From assembly GCA_951804945.1 (NCBI GenBank), contig OX638149.1, positions 77,066,001 to 77,130,000 of the forward strand: 64,000 nt of DNA. Direction: 5' to 3'. Position 1 is the stretch's first letter. Each line of letters opens with the position of its first letter. The notes beneath the pieces were generated by a model. The model was not told the origin of the DNA, ran no database searches, and was given only the letters and a program-made list of their open reading frames with translations. Positions 25,674 to 39,500 of the stretch are shown one piece after another. The DNA comes from Podarcis cretensis. Lineage: Eukaryota. The translations under genes were made by a program, and so were the position numbers.

Positions 25674-26277
25674 GTAAGTTCAAAACTATTTATGAGATCA
25701 TCCTAAGAATGCTCACCAACCTATCCTAGAAGCAGCAGTTTTGGGTCCCCCGGATGCTTTTATTGATGTTCATCCAGCATCTAGTAATAGATTTGTTATA
25801 TCTGCACTGGATCCTGTGCACTTCAGGGAAATAGCTAGGACTCTTAAAAGCACAATGGACTCTGCCTTTGTGTCTTTTTACATGATAGTTAAACCTTAAG
25901 ACTGAGTTCTCTCATTGCATACCAATTACTTAAGTGAAGGATTAGTGAGCAAATTCTTTTGGGGGAGGAGCAGGAAGAGGACTGAAAACTAATAAATATT
26001 GTGGGGGCCAATAAATGCTGCTTAAGTGGTCAATGCACATCTATAAAACATTGTTTGACCACGGTTTTTCTACAAGGATATGTTTGGGCTTATATATATA
26101 TATATTGAAGAGGGATTGTATGCATGATCTTCAACAACTGGTGGCTCTTTAGGTGCTCCTGAACACTAAACTGCAAAAGGAAGCAAACAAGGTGCAACTA
26201 TAGAGAAGACTAATATGCTCTCGCTCGTTCACTCTCTTGTTTTTAAAAAACCCACACCTTCTTTTCTCTCCCTGTAG

Positions 26278-26448
26278 GTTACTGTTCAAGGAGAAACTCT
26301 TTGCTTGAGTGGATTTTCAGCCTTGGATGTCCCACCACCTGGTGGACCTCTTTGGATCCTGGGTGATGTCTTCATCGGTGGTTATTACACCGTGTTTGAT
26401 CGAGATAATGATGCCGTTGGTTTTGCAAAAAGCACTGGCAGTGTGTAA
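26278..26448 (+). CDS. CTSD: Cathepsin D exon 9 ([56 protein letters not shown])
   Basis: Acceptor cctgtag|G, polyproline loop and WILGDVF motif, stop TAA at 26446-26448. Total CDS is 1200 nt (399 aa). Confidence 0.97.
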   Translation, partial: VTVQGETLCLSGFSALDVPPPGGPLWILGDVFIGGYYTVFDRDNDAVGFAKSTGSV

Positions 26449-26694
26449 ATGCAACTGACAACCACCTCCCACTCTCTCTCCAAATTCACCCACAAACACA
26501 CTGGAGTTTTCTACTGTGTCTTGTAGGCATTAGGAACAAAATCAGGAAAGTTAAAAGGAAAAAAAATATGACACTTTAAAATTTAAATAAGAAGGAGCAG
26601 AGATCTTTTAAAAAAAAAAAATCTGAAAAGCTACTAGTGACCATTGAACAAACACTTGTCCTTCCTCGAATGATACAGGCCATAGAAAAGTTAT

Positions 26695-26700
26695 AATAAA
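26695..26700 (+). terminator. Candidate CTSD polyadenylation signal
   Basis: First AATAAA seen after the stop codon (about 250 nt downstream). The downstream GU/U-rich element is weak. Confidence 0.45.
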
Positions 26701-26811
26701 AACATACCTAAGGAGCCCCAGCATTGTATGAGCTCTTCAAACATCTGGTTACTTGACATGCTATTCCTTTTTAAGCATAAGAACTATAAATGCCATATTT
26801 AAATTAACACA

Positions 26812-26870
26812 ATTGCAGGGGGTTGGACTAGATGAACCCTTTGGTGTTCCTTCCAATCCTACAATTTTAT
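26812..26870 (+). mobile_element. CR1-like / SINE 3' tail fragment
   Basis: ttgcagggggttggactagatgaaccctttggtgttccttccaatcctacaatttt, the same tail as the tRNA-Lys SINEs. Confidence 0.6.
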
Positions 26871-28293
26871 TATTTATCCGCTCCAAAAAAGAACCCTTTA
26901 TACATGCTTTTAGATTCACTTGCCTAGCTGTTCCCCATTTTTAATTTATTGATATATATATAAAGGCAACATAGAGAACAGAATCTTTCACAGTTGTTTA
27001 TGGGGGAAGTGCTAGGTAGTTGGGAAGTTACCACGGAATTTGCATTGGGCTAATGATCCCCGTAGTATTTCTTGCATTGTGGGGATGTGGGAATATAGCA
27101 AAATTGTCCTGATTTGCATTTTTAAAAGAAACATAGCAGGTCCACATCACTTTGGGTTAGATGGGCTCCAATGAGTAGAGAGTCCTTGGGAAGTTATAAC
27201 TGTGGAAATGGGTATTTCTATAAGGTATGATTGGGTTCTCCATCTCATATTTTATAAACGGCCACAGTTTTGATTTTGGTCTGAGCAACCCCATTCAGGT
27301 ACTGTAGTTTCGCGATACATTGTTACAAGTTCTTTCTCTTGGTTTCCCACACCTTACATAATTCCCAGCTTCTTTTGCGGGTGTAAGGAAAGTGACCATG
27401 ATATTTGTGAGATCTTTCCTGCTCAAGGTTGCTTTGGAGATTCAACAACTTGTCAAATATGGCCTCTCCCCACACCCCACTATTAAATCAAGTCACAGCT
27501 ACTCTGACTCTCGTTTCTCAGTACAGAAAAATCCTGTAGATCTCTTGATAAAACAGGGAACCTTGGGTGTGGGGCAAGTTCAACCTGCCCTTGCAGAAAG
27601 CACAACTGATCTTCCTGCTCAACAGCTGACAGGCAGGGGTTTGAATCCTGCTTGGTCACTCTCTCCCTCCAACCCCATGGGCCAACTTTGGCAGGTGGCC
27701 AGGATCATCCACCTGTCAAGAGTTGACCTGTGGGTTGTGGGGAGATCTGGCATGCCGAGCCAAAAAGGTTCCCCACTATTGTTACGAAACTTACTCTGCT
27801 ACGAGAAGCTTGGTCTCTGCACAGATTGATTCTGGTTACCTAGACTTTTATGGAAAGTGTTTTATAAAAAGAGCTGCCTCTGCATTGGCGTCTATTTTGG
27901 CCTGGCAAGCAGAAGTCTGGGAGCAGCCCTTCGGGACAGGAAGGTGGAGGTAAGCTAGGTAGATGTTAGTTAAACAAACTGGAACGTCATTGTTTAGTTG
28001 GTAAATGAAGTCTTCCAGTATCTTTTTAGATAAATCTGAAATGTTCCATTGATATTTTGGAGCCCAGCCCTAAGGTTGCGAGACAGCACGGATAACACAG
28101 AACACAACTTTTAGATTAAACAAAGAGCTGTTCTGATGCAGAGCCAAGCACACTTCGCTGAAGATGCTTTATTTTAAACTAGATGAAATCTGGTTCATGA
28201 AGAGCAACACAATAGAAAAGCTGGTGAACACGGGGGAGTAAAAGGCACCAGGAATTTGAACATACATTTGTGGATAGGCTGCATGTCCTAGAC

Positions 28294-28429
28294 CAGTGTT
28301 TCCCAACCTTGGGTCTTCAACTGTTTCTGGACTACAATTCCCATCACCCCTGACCACTGATTTTGCTAGCTAGGGATGATGGGAGTTGGAGTCCAGAAAT
28401 AGGTGGAGACCCAAGGTTGGGAAACACTG
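28294..28429. mobile_element. hAT-superfamily MITE with 8-bp TSD
   Basis: TSD TCCTAGAC (28286-28293 and 28430-28437) and perfect TIR cagtgtttcccaaccttgggtct / agacccaaggttgggaaacactg. Confidence 0.92.
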
Positions 28430-31400
28430 TCCTAGACTACAACCCCACCCCCAACCCCACCCTCCTGGTTGGGTTGAATACTTTGGAATGCAGATAAGCA
28501 TCAGGATATCTAGAGAAGGCTACACCTGCTTGGGATTGCTAACAAGATGCTGCCATTCAAAAACCATGGTGTGTCTGTAAGCTTGTGAAAGATACAGAAG
28601 TATATTGGAGATGTCATTAAAACTGTAGCATCCTTCCCCAACCTGGTGCCCACCATGTTGACTGGGGCTGGTTGGAGTTGCAGTCCAAAACATCTAAAAC
28701 TACCAGGTTGGGGAAGGGAGTTGTAGCATGTCCTGAGTTACGATGGGTATATTGAAATACACTTCTTTAAAATCCTTGCTTAGTTCCTCCTAACAGTCTT
28801 CAACCCTGAACTAGTAATTCAAGGTCACTGAATAGCTTCTCACTGAGTAATATCAAGTACAAATACTCTAGGAACTTTCATTTCAAACTTAAGTGCCCAA
28901 AGCTCTTCTTAAGAGAAGCTGTATAGAAAGTGTCTTAAATTTTCTTTAGGTGGTCATTCAAATCAGGATAAGATTGAACACAAGTCTTTTGTCTTGAAGA
29001 GATTTTATCATGAATGCCGTATATTATATATCAAAAAGTATCTCTCGCTCATTAGCACTGAGTGGACTGGTAATGGTATATGTTTCAGTCTCTTGGAGGC
29101 AACTGCTAACAGCAGCCTAACCACCACCACCACCACCCCTTTAAAAGGCATGTGGCATAGTCTATAAAGGAGGAGAGCGTTCTCTGCAGACCTTTGGAAG
29201 GTTCAGTAGAGGAATCCGCTTGTTTGGAATACATTTAGAGCTGCTTGCCACTCCCCCCCTTGTTTTTTGCTTGCTTTTTCTAAATGTGTAAGATGCTCTT
29301 GTGGCTCTCCTGTTGGGCAGATGCAAGTTGTAGCTGATCTCTCCACTCAATTTGTCATAGAAAAATTGTAATGAAAAAATAAATTTTGTCTCCTCTACAT
29401 TCCATCTTGCGTCATCATTTGAGTGGTTTGGGTGGTATTTTCCAAGGAACCAGAGGATCCATTCAGTACAAGCAATGTCCAAACTGGCTGAGAAACCAAG
29501 GCTAATCCAGAATGGAAAAGAAGGCACAGATCATTATGTTTACAGCACAATCCTATGCATCTTTACTTTGAAAAAAGCTCAAGGGTGATTGCATCCCCAT
29601 CCCCCTCTTAATGGAATGTCCCTGTAGTTTCCAGAGCTGCTCTACCAATAGGTTTTTCAATAGAATTGTTGGGTTTCATGTAATTCTGTTTAGGCAACAA
29701 ACTAATCTTTTCCAGGCCCTCAATGCTACTGCTGGCAACACACTATGCAATGGCTGTACATCCCAGGAATTGGCATATCCTTTTAAAAGAACACGATTGA
29801 CATTGCAGTTGGTTTTACATTTTGTTTATTGAAACTACACCTTCCTTGAGAAGTGCATTGCTTCTTGAAAGCTGAGGTTGCTGCTGCTGCTGTGCTAGGG
29901 TCTGCAAAATGTTCCTAGTTGCTTCTTAAGATGGGGAGAGCTAGCAGCAAAAGACACTGACTGGAGAAGACTGAGGGAGGGGCGTGGGCAGAGGTGCTTT
30001 CTGCTCTGAGTAATTTGATTTACGATGCCTAATTCCCATATGGAGCAAGCAAATCAATTGCCTTTCCAAATACACTCTTGGTTCTTAATCTAAATTTCAT
30101 TAAGCCACACACGTATAGCGCCACCACAGGCCCCAAACAGAATTGTTGCTTATGTCTGTGCTACAGAAGCAACTTCAAAGTTTTGCTAATGATAGGCTAT
30201 ATCTGACTTAAGTCAGATCTGTGAACTAGACAAACTTTCAAATTCATTGATTTCAGTGGGTCTACCCTGACGTAATTGAATACAACCCGGTCATTTGCTA
30301 AATATATGCAAGATACAAATGTTTAATTGTTACACAGAGGCTATGCTTGTCTTTAAAAAACACAGGTCTCCCTACCAGAATGCAGTCACATGACCTATTT
30401 CTTCTGTGCCATGCATGGCTTTTTGTGCCTGTCTGAAATAAATAAACATTTGACAGCCTCAGCAGGAGTACTGCTTGCTGCCATATATGCTATATCAAAT
30501 CAGTGCAGTGAAATGGATTCTATTATTATTTTCTTTCTTACTTTGAATACCTTGTTGACAAATTTGCTGAACATTAGCATATGTGATAGGCACACAAAAG
30601 AAAGTAGGCAAGCAATTCTCAGTATGGAAAGAGCAATTCCAAGGAGCGTTGCAAAATACAGAAGAGAGCAGACCCTATGCATTTAATTGCTGTAGAGAAT
30701 AGTTATGCTGTCGTTGCTTAAAAGTCTACTACTTGCCATATGATGAACTTAAAAGTAAATAGGTGAACTTGGTGAGAAGTGGAGTAACCTGAGGTTATTG
30801 ACTTGCTCTACATAAGACAAGGATGGGTATCATGTGGAACTCCAGATGTTGGACTAAAATGTCAATCCTTGTTCATTGCCGAGGCTGATGGGAGCTGTAT
30901 TTTGGCACTGACTAGAGCACGGGCAAGGAACTCTTTCAGCCTTCTAGAGGACACATGCCAGTGGTGAATGGGGCCAGAAGCAAACGTGGGTGTAGCAACG
31001 AGTTAATTTTACCTTTTGTACAAAAACCTCTTTCTACACACAGTCGCACATCCCTCTCCCAGGCAAGGAAAGGCAAAAAAACACGAGGGTATAAAACAGA
31101 GCTGCTGGTGAGGGTTGTGACCTAGCGAGAGTGGGTATGGCTTGGGAGAGTCCTGAGGATCCAAGAATGAGGACCTCATTTGGCCTCCAAGCCTTAAGTT
31201 CACTATCCTTGCTAAGCAAGAGGACCACCAGTTCCCCCACCTCTGATAAAAGCAATGGCAACAGCCTCAAACTGAATGTTTCACCTCCTAGTAAAGACAT
31301 TTTATTGTTTGGGAAACTATTTTTACTTGCAAAACTTCCGTAAGTGCTTTCCGTTTCTTCTACTCCTTTGGTTTATTTATTATCAGTTTCCTTTGGGATG

Positions 31401-32589
31401 GGAAACAAAAATGAAGTGTAGTTTAAAAGGCTCTATCTAGAGAGGAGGGGTGGGGCAACACAGAGATACTTCATGGAGGCAGCAGGCACAAGCATACCCA
31501 CCTACTGATGCACAGTACAGCATTTTGAGGAGGTGGCAGAAAGGAGAGATGGATTGCTGCTGTTCTGTATTGCTTACCTCTCCGTATCTGAAGGTTCTTT
31601 GAAGCTGCCCTCGCGATCCCATCCTGTGACTTCTTAGAAGACAGCTGGATACTTCATATCAACCAGCATCTTTCAATATTTCATCCTGCCTTTCCTTAAA
31701 GGCACTAAGGTTGGCATAGATGGGGTTACTGGTATCCTCAGACAATAACTTTATGTGGTGAGAATTGGGCTGATTTAAACAGAGATACAGTGGCTTGCCC
31801 AAGGTCTCTATAGCTGAAAGTGGATTTCAACCAAGATCTACATGGTCAGAAATATATCACTATATGCTCACTAGCATACATATGTCTACACATCTTTCTT
31901 TCTCTCTCTCTCTTGGTAGTACTATCTTGGCTACATAATTCTACAAATCCTTCATGGAAGCCATCCACAAACCCCATGGGAAAAGTAACTGATATATAAA
32001 AAATGAACCTCTTGGCATTTATTATAAGCATTTTTTAAAGGAGACAGACTACAATGAAACTCAGCCTGCCTATTAAATGGAACAAATCACAGGCCCAAGG
32101 CTATCAGCTGAGAGGAAATACAGTATCTCAGGAAGTCATATTGGAACTGAAGATATTTCCTGACTATCCTCCCACCCCCAGATAAGTGGTAACTAGAGAC
32201 ATGGCCTTCCCTTGGTACAATAGAACTTACTCTTTGAGGCCTGCCTTACAGAGCTGTTGCAAGGGTTACTGATGTATGTGACGTGCTTTGAACTCTTTAA
32301 ATATGCTATATAAATGCAAAGTATTGTTATCTATTTAGAAGCAGATGAGTATGCCATGCAACAAGGGCATACTGAGAGAGCTTCCAAAGCAGCATTTTTA
32401 TTTTATTTTTTGAGATGCTCCTTATTCTATGCACAGGCTACCCAGTCAGAGCTTTTAGAATCTCAGTGTGCAGCTGAGATGATGATTCCTGGAGGAAATA
32501 TTGTTAGGCATTGGACAACAGTTTCTTCCAAGAGATGCTGGTCATTGCACACTTAAAATCAAAAGGCAATGTAGTGCATAGTTAAGCAA

Positions 32590-32935
32590 CGGAATCTGTT
32601 ATCAGAAAATATGAGAATGGCTACCAATTTAGCTTTAAATGGAGATTAGACAAATTCACGGAATATAAGATTACTAATGGTCATGTTGTTGTTGCTTAGT
32701 CGTTTAGCTGTGTCCGACTCTTCGTGACCCCATGGACCAGAGCGCGCCAGGCACTCCTGCCTTCCACTGCCTCCTGCAGCTTGTTAGCTACATGCTATCT
32801 TCAGATCTGGAGGAAGCATATTTCTCAATACCAATCACTGATGAATAACCCCAGGAGAGGGCTGTTGCCACCATGTCCCCATTGTAGGCTTCCTGTCCGT
32901 GTCTGGCCAGCTATTGTAAGAAAACATACTGAAAT
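32590..32935 (+). mobile_element. CR1 LINE 3' end, interrupted by an RTE fragment
   Basis: ggctaccaatttagctttaaatggagattagacaaattcacgga (ORF2 end), then CR1-like 3' UTR resuming after 32780. Confidence 0.55.
32684..32780 (-). mobile_element. RTE/BovB-like LINE 3' end, antisense
   Basis: (gtt)n tail followed by tagtcgtttagctgtgtccgactcttcgtgaccccatggacc, the hallmark of the BovB/Sauria-type 3' terminus. Confidence 0.8.
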
Positions 32936-32952
32936 GAAACGAATCTCAAAGT

Positions 32953-33165
32953 TACATAAGGACATAAGAAGCCCTGCTGGATCAGGCCAAAGGTCCATCT
33001 AGTTCAGTATCTTGTTCTCACAATGACCAACTAGATGCCTATAGAGGTTCATAAGGAGGACCTGCATCTGCGTGCAACAATATTCTCCCCACTTGCGATT
33101 CCCAGCAAGTGGTATTCAATTCAGAGGAAAGCTGCCCTCTGACACAACCAATGTAGCTCCGATAG
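32953..33165 (-). mobile_element. CR1 3' UTR fragment, antisense
   Basis: acataaggacataagaagccctgctggatcaggccaaaggtccatctagttcagtatcttgttctcaca, a squamate CR1 terminus. Confidence 0.7.
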
Positions 33166-33879
33166 TCTTATCCGCAAATGGAGTACAAAGAATCTGGTGA
33201 ACAGTGAAAATCAGTCAAAATACTCTATCATGGATCTATTAAAATATATAGAAAGGTCAAACTGAAAGTGGCGTACTTCAGACAATAAAGGGATTCTTAT
33301 AGGAAACGCATTTTACAGAATTACTCTGGATAGAAATCCCAGCCTGAAAAGAGCAAACCAATAGAAGGACCACAGTACATTATCTGACCAAAACCTTGAC
33401 AAGCAGGGCAAGAATTCAGGAAAGTACCCGAAACAGAGGCTGTTAAAAAAGAAAAAAAAAACAGGAATGACTGTCACTACCCCCAGACCGTTTGGATATA
33501 AAAAGTGATGCTTTTGTTTTATTTTTTAAAAAGAAACCCAGAATGGAGATAGCAAAAGATACTCCTGCTTTTTGTTTACATTTAACCCAGACTATTAGTT
33601 TCAGTTCAAAATATGATGAACTTTTCATGCTAGTAATTGTTAGCAATATATGTATTCTCCTATACAGTATTCTCTCCAGTTGGGATGTCGGCTGGGTTTG
33701 CTTTGTGTTAGGCGGGTACGGAGAGTGCGCCACCCTCAAATCCACTGAGGCCTCAACTTTTTTGTTCTCGTTTAGCCTTAACTCTTTGACCTCCCTCATC
33801 TTTCCACAGGAAACGAGTCCCAGCTCCTATTTCCCCTTCTCTTGCCAGACTTCTCTCTTGGTTCCCCAGCTCTGTGGGC

Positions 33880-35380
33880 CAGCGGGGCGCTTCTGACACG
33901 ACTGTACAGATACGTGTCTGCGTGTGTCCGCCGCCCGCCCGCGCAGGCGACATTCGATCTTTATCCAATTTCGATCTCTTCCCCATGACTGGAGCGCACA
34001 GAGCGCCCCTTGCCCCTCGGCGCTCGCGTCAGCAGGACAACACCCTCCTCCCCACAGGAGACTGAAGAAGGGGACGGGGCGGGGGTGGCCAGGAGTCCCT
34101 CAGTGCTGCTGGCCACGCACCTCCATGTTGGACGGCGTGCCCCTGTCTGCATGCGCGTCGGTCACGGAGGCCCGGGCCGGGCCTGCTGCCTGAGGGACTT
34201 TGTGCACGCCTCGGACACAAGTGGCCCCTCAGCTTCCCCGCTGCTTCTGAAACACCGCTGTGGACCTACTGGAAGGCATTCAACTGGCGATGCCTGCGCC
34301 TGGATGCGGGGGGCGGCCCGCGTTTCCACAAGGTAGGTGGGAGTTGAGTAGGTTTGAGATTTGATTATTATTATTATTATTATTGGGCTCCCGTGTAGAA
34401 GGTCGCCGCGTGCGCGCCCGCGTGCCCGCGAATACACACACAGACACACACACCCCGCGCGCTTGGGGCCAGAAGGGCGACAGCAGGGGAGGAGAGCGCG
34501 CGAGCGCACACCAACGAGCGCGCCTGGCCGAGGTGAAGTGGAGCTGGGCAGCCTCAAGGCTCTAATGAGCGTGTGCGCGCGCCTTGCCCTGATTGGGAAT
34601 TGAGGGGAGAGAGATGCCGCTTGACCTCTTCCCCGCTCCCCTCCCCTGCTGTCCCCGCTCCCCTCTCCCCTCCTCCACCAACTCCAGTTGTGGGAAAAGA
34701 AGAAGAGCCGGAGGCAGTGCTGAGCTGGAGACGCAGCAACTCCCCGAGTCCCTCCTTGTGAGTAGTCTCGCCTCCTCCTCCTCCTCCTCCTCTGTTCCGG
34801 AGATGGATGGATGGGCGGCTAGATGGGCAGGCAGGCAGGCAGGCAGGCAGGCAAGCAAGCGTGGGGCTATCAGCAGGCTGCTTTTCCCAATTGGAAAGCG
34901 TGTGGGATAGGGAGGGAGGGAGAGAGGGGGGGGTTCTTTGAGGCTGACACCCCCCTGCTCCTCCTCTTCTCCCCCCCCTTTCTCCTCCTCTTCCCACAGC
35001 CACCCCTGACCGCGCGACATTGTCCAAACGGGAAAACTGCTGACAGGTGAAAGGGGGGTGGGAGGGAAAGTCAATTACATCAGGAATCCAGCAAAGATGA
35101 GGACTCAGCAAAATCGAGAGAGAGAGACCAAAAGACAGACGAGGCAGGGCTGATCTGTCGCAGCTGTGCAGCCTCTTCCCGCGACAGACTCGCTTTCCTC
35201 GCCCGCCCGGCTCCCAGCACCCGGCTTCGATCCTGGCACGGGACAGGAGAGCTCGGATGACGAGATGGACGGAGGGGAGGAGGAGAAGGGTCGCCGCGGG
35301 AGGGAGGGAGGGTGGGGGGAGGCAGCGAGGGGGACGCCGGCAGCGGATCGGTTTGAGGAACTGCCTGCTAGTCCCAGCCC
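33880..35380 (+). promoter_or_regulatory. IFITM10: IFITM10 CpG island / promoter with candidate first exon(s)
   Basis: Dense CpG/CGCG. Inverted CCAAT (gattgg near 34591). Candidate donors CTT|gtgagt (34757/34758) and AAG|gtaggt (34332/34333). Confidence 0.65.
34826..34857. repeat. (GGCA)n microsatellite
   Basis: Directly visible tandem ggca repeats. A complementary (CCTG)n tract lies at 36053-36076, before the IFITM10 acceptor. Confidence 0.85.
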
Positions 35381-36123
35381 AGGCTCCTCTCTTTGGAATT
35401 CTTTCTCTCTCTCTCTCTTTTTAAAAAAATCCATCCTCATCTTCATTGATAGTGTCTAGGAAGCTGATGCTGAGTTGAGTGAGTGAGGAGGGGCAAGAGA
35501 GAGGGAATGACAGAGAGGAGTTGTTGTTGTCAGACAATACCGCAAAGGACTTTGGCAGGGATCAACAGAAGACAGTGGGGAATGGGGTTGAGGGGGAGAA
35601 GAAGAAGAAGAAGAAAGAGAAAGAGAGAGGGAGAAAGCAGGAGACGGATGGGTCAAGCTCCCCTGCCTTTCCCGGGGTGTTGATGAACTCTGGGGCTGCT
35701 CTGTGTGGGAGGCGAGGGAGGGGAAGCGGAGCAGACTGCGGGAGGGAGCTGGGACACCCAGCTGCAGGGAGACCAGGAACTGTTACACTGCTGCATACAT
35801 TAATGACTGCTCAGTGTGCCGGAGAAATACTCCTTGGCGGTTGGTACATGTGTGTAAACAGTCTTCTCTCTCTTCCCTCCCTGCCTGGATACGCTATCCT
35901 CCCTCTCCTCTGCTCCTCTTTTCCTCCCCAATTGTGTACTGCCCTATCCTCTGCCTTAATCCTCTTCTTCCCCCTCTTCTTCTTCTTCCCTTCTGATTCC
36001 TGCATCCTTGCACTCTCTGTTTTTCTCCCACCTCTTTCTCCTTCCTGATCCTCCCTGCCTGCCTGCCTGCCTGCCTCCTTCTTCCCCGTCTTTCTCAGGG
36101 GATCACACTTTGCTGGGATATAG

Positions 36124-36555
<432 letters not shown>

Positions 36556-39500
36556 TAGTGAGGCTCTCTGGGGCCATAGCTGGAGAAAGTCTGTGCCCTC
36601 CACCTGGGCTCGTTATAGTGAAGCTGATTTACTGCAGCTCTCTGATGAGAACTGCTCTTTCTTGCATGTTATCAGGCGTAATGTGTTGGGTTCAGGAGAA
36701 GTACTTTCTCTCCAGGGGGGAATGAATATTTTGGTTTGTGGGGCACGAATGTTTTCGCTGTGGAGCATGAATATTTTGGTTTGTGAATGGCATCCAACAG
36801 AATAAAGAAAAGGAGCATTCTAATAACCTGCAGGCATTCTTATATGAAAATAATATAGGAATCCGGATGGGTAAGATGAAAAGAATCAGCCATTATAGAT
36901 CTGAATTGGCTTTGGCTGTTGCTGAAGATTTGTGATTATCTCTCTTCCGATTTCATGGTTAATAAGGTTGGCAAATGAGTTTTACAACTGGCAGACAAAG
37001 AGCTAGCCAGGGGGAGAAATGTAATTAAAAGTATTTTGGTGAGTTAGGGATTCTTTCGTGCCATCGCCATCCCTACCATCACCATCCATCATTGTGTCAT
37101 TTTCTACATTACTTGTAATGCCCTTCATGAATAGTATTGGATTATTCTTTACAACAGTCCTATGAGGTAGGTTATTAATATCCCTCCTTTTTTTGCAGAT
37201 GATAATCTGAGATTGAGAAATTGTGGCTTTCTCTGGCTTTCCAGTGAATCTATGACTGACTAGGGATTTTAACTTCGTGCTAACAGGACTGTACTAACAC
37301 TCACATTCCATGAAGCATTATCTGTTCATGCAGGACTTTTAAAACTTTAATACAGCTTTTACTGAATTGTTTCCCAGTTTAACAGGCTAGAATATTTTGG
37401 CACAGCTAGGTTTTAGAATGTTTGCCCCTCATGAAAGCTAGAAATGTGGTTTGGATTCTCCAAGTAGAAGTTCTCCAAGTAGATGCATACTTGAATTTGT
37501 TGCATCACTGTTGTGTGAACATCTGGAGTCCAACTGATGTAGAAGCATGTAATAATACTGTTGCCTGCAGTGGAGGGACGGTGAATATTTCTGCAAGCTG
37601 AGAATGTGGCTTAGTTTCAGCAAAGGGTAATCTTTGAAAACAATATTTTAAGAGCTCCACGGAAGAATGCTTCATAAGAATCTAATCAGAATCAGCGGGA
37701 GTCCTTTTTATGAACTTGTGGCATTGGCATCTGACCCTTAGTGATTCGAAGCCTTTTTGTTTTGGGGATCTGATTGGCTCTCGATGGAAAGGAATCATTT
37801 GATGAATGCAGCAGCTGCAAACCGGAAGACCTGAGAAACCCTTGGGAAGCAGCCTTAAGCAGAGATGAATCGCTTGTCAGCTCCTTAATCTGCTCTTTGG
37901 GGGACCTCTAGGTCTCTTATAACCCCTGCTGCGTTAGGCCAGCTTCTTCCTTTGGCAAGTGGGAGCAAGAAGGGGGTGAAAGAAACAGCTGCTGTTCTGC
38001 TGCTGTTTAGAATACCCAGGCAAGGAGGAGGAAAGCAACTCAAGCTTCACTCTCCCTTGGGCCTTGTAAATTACAAGGTCAGCAATGGAGACCTTCTAGG
38101 AGAGCAAGATTGCTGGCTGGAGTGGTGGAAGACAGAGGGGATGGTACATGTCATATGGGCAAGGAAGGTGGCTCTAGAAATGGGAGCTTTGATTTAAAAA
38201 TAAAAAAGGGAAATCAGCAAACATGTAGGAGATGATGCACTCAGGCAATTGAGTTAAAGGGAACCTACAGCCAGTTAAAAGGCTATAAAAGCCTTTTGGC
38301 TTGCTTGGTCAAAACAGGAATGGAGATGGCAGGGATGGGAGATGAAATTCTGGCCATGTAGCTTCTCTAGCTTGTGTAACCTTTTCTAAGGTAACACTAC
38401 CCTCTGAGCACACCAGACCTGCTGTAATTATTCCTCATAACTGCAGGGTGAATATGAGCCAGCTGGGCTCCAGGATTTCACTGCTCGGTGCAGCCAACAA
38501 GCAAATTGTGATCATCTATCAAGGAAGAATGGATGGCGACTTCCCCCTTTTACATGGGGGGGGGGGGAAATAGCTCTCTGGATGTGGGGATAAAGAAGGC
38601 CCAGGGGCTGTTGTGTAGCCTCTAATATATCTGAGGTCCAGAGGGGAATATAACGGATGTGTTTTGGCAGACAGCATTTACACTATTCAGAGGGATTTCA
38701 TCACAGAAATAGATCAATTAATTGCATATAACTCCAGCGACCGTGAATTCCACAAGAGAGCAATAGGGTTGTTTCCAAGCTAGCTGCACCCTCAGTCTCT
38801 TTGGTATTACAAGCTGGCCACCAAATACCTGACTTTGCTCTAACAAACCCCTCTGAAAAAAATATTATTTGGGGGCTGAATAACTTGCCTCCTTTGCTTG
38901 TGTTATTGTATTTCTCCATTTCACTACATGTGAAATAGGGTTGTAGATGCCTCCCTCAGTCTCATGAAAGAGATTTTGGGAGGTCGGATGCAGTTAATAG
39001 GCTGTTGTGTGCCAACAGCTCTACAAGGGCTTAGCAATTTTTTGGCAGGCGGCTCAAAAGTTATATGGCTCACCCCACCCCCACCCCATTCAAAACATGG
39101 CTTCAAAACTTTGAGAGCAGAGTCTCCTTTAGAAATGGGAAGGTCATTCTGCTCACAAAGTCCCCCTTGTTGCAAGTTTAATCCTCCAGCTGGGTTGCTG
39201 GTGGGTTGCTGGGGGTTTTTGGTACCATTATCTGCCTTCCTCACAAACGTCTTGCAAGATGGGAAAGAATGTCAGAGCAAACAGGCCGTGGCTGTTCTGT
39301 GTTAACTTTGGGCAAAGGCAAGACAATGTAGCACAACAGGCTGGCCTTCTGTGTATCTCAGTGTGGCATTTTTTTGTGGGGGGGTGTGTCATATTTCAAG
39401 CTCTCATTGTAAAAGACAAAAGTTTGAAAAATGTGCAGATCAAAATGCACTAAAATTTTTGTAGCCATGGGAGTAGAGAGGTGAAGATTGAATTTGACCT

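Noticed and set aside
26446-26460. Stop-codon read-through of CTSD (and of IFITM10 at 59923)
   Set aside because: The contexts TAA-ATG and TAG-ACC do not match known read-through motifs such as TGA-CTAG.
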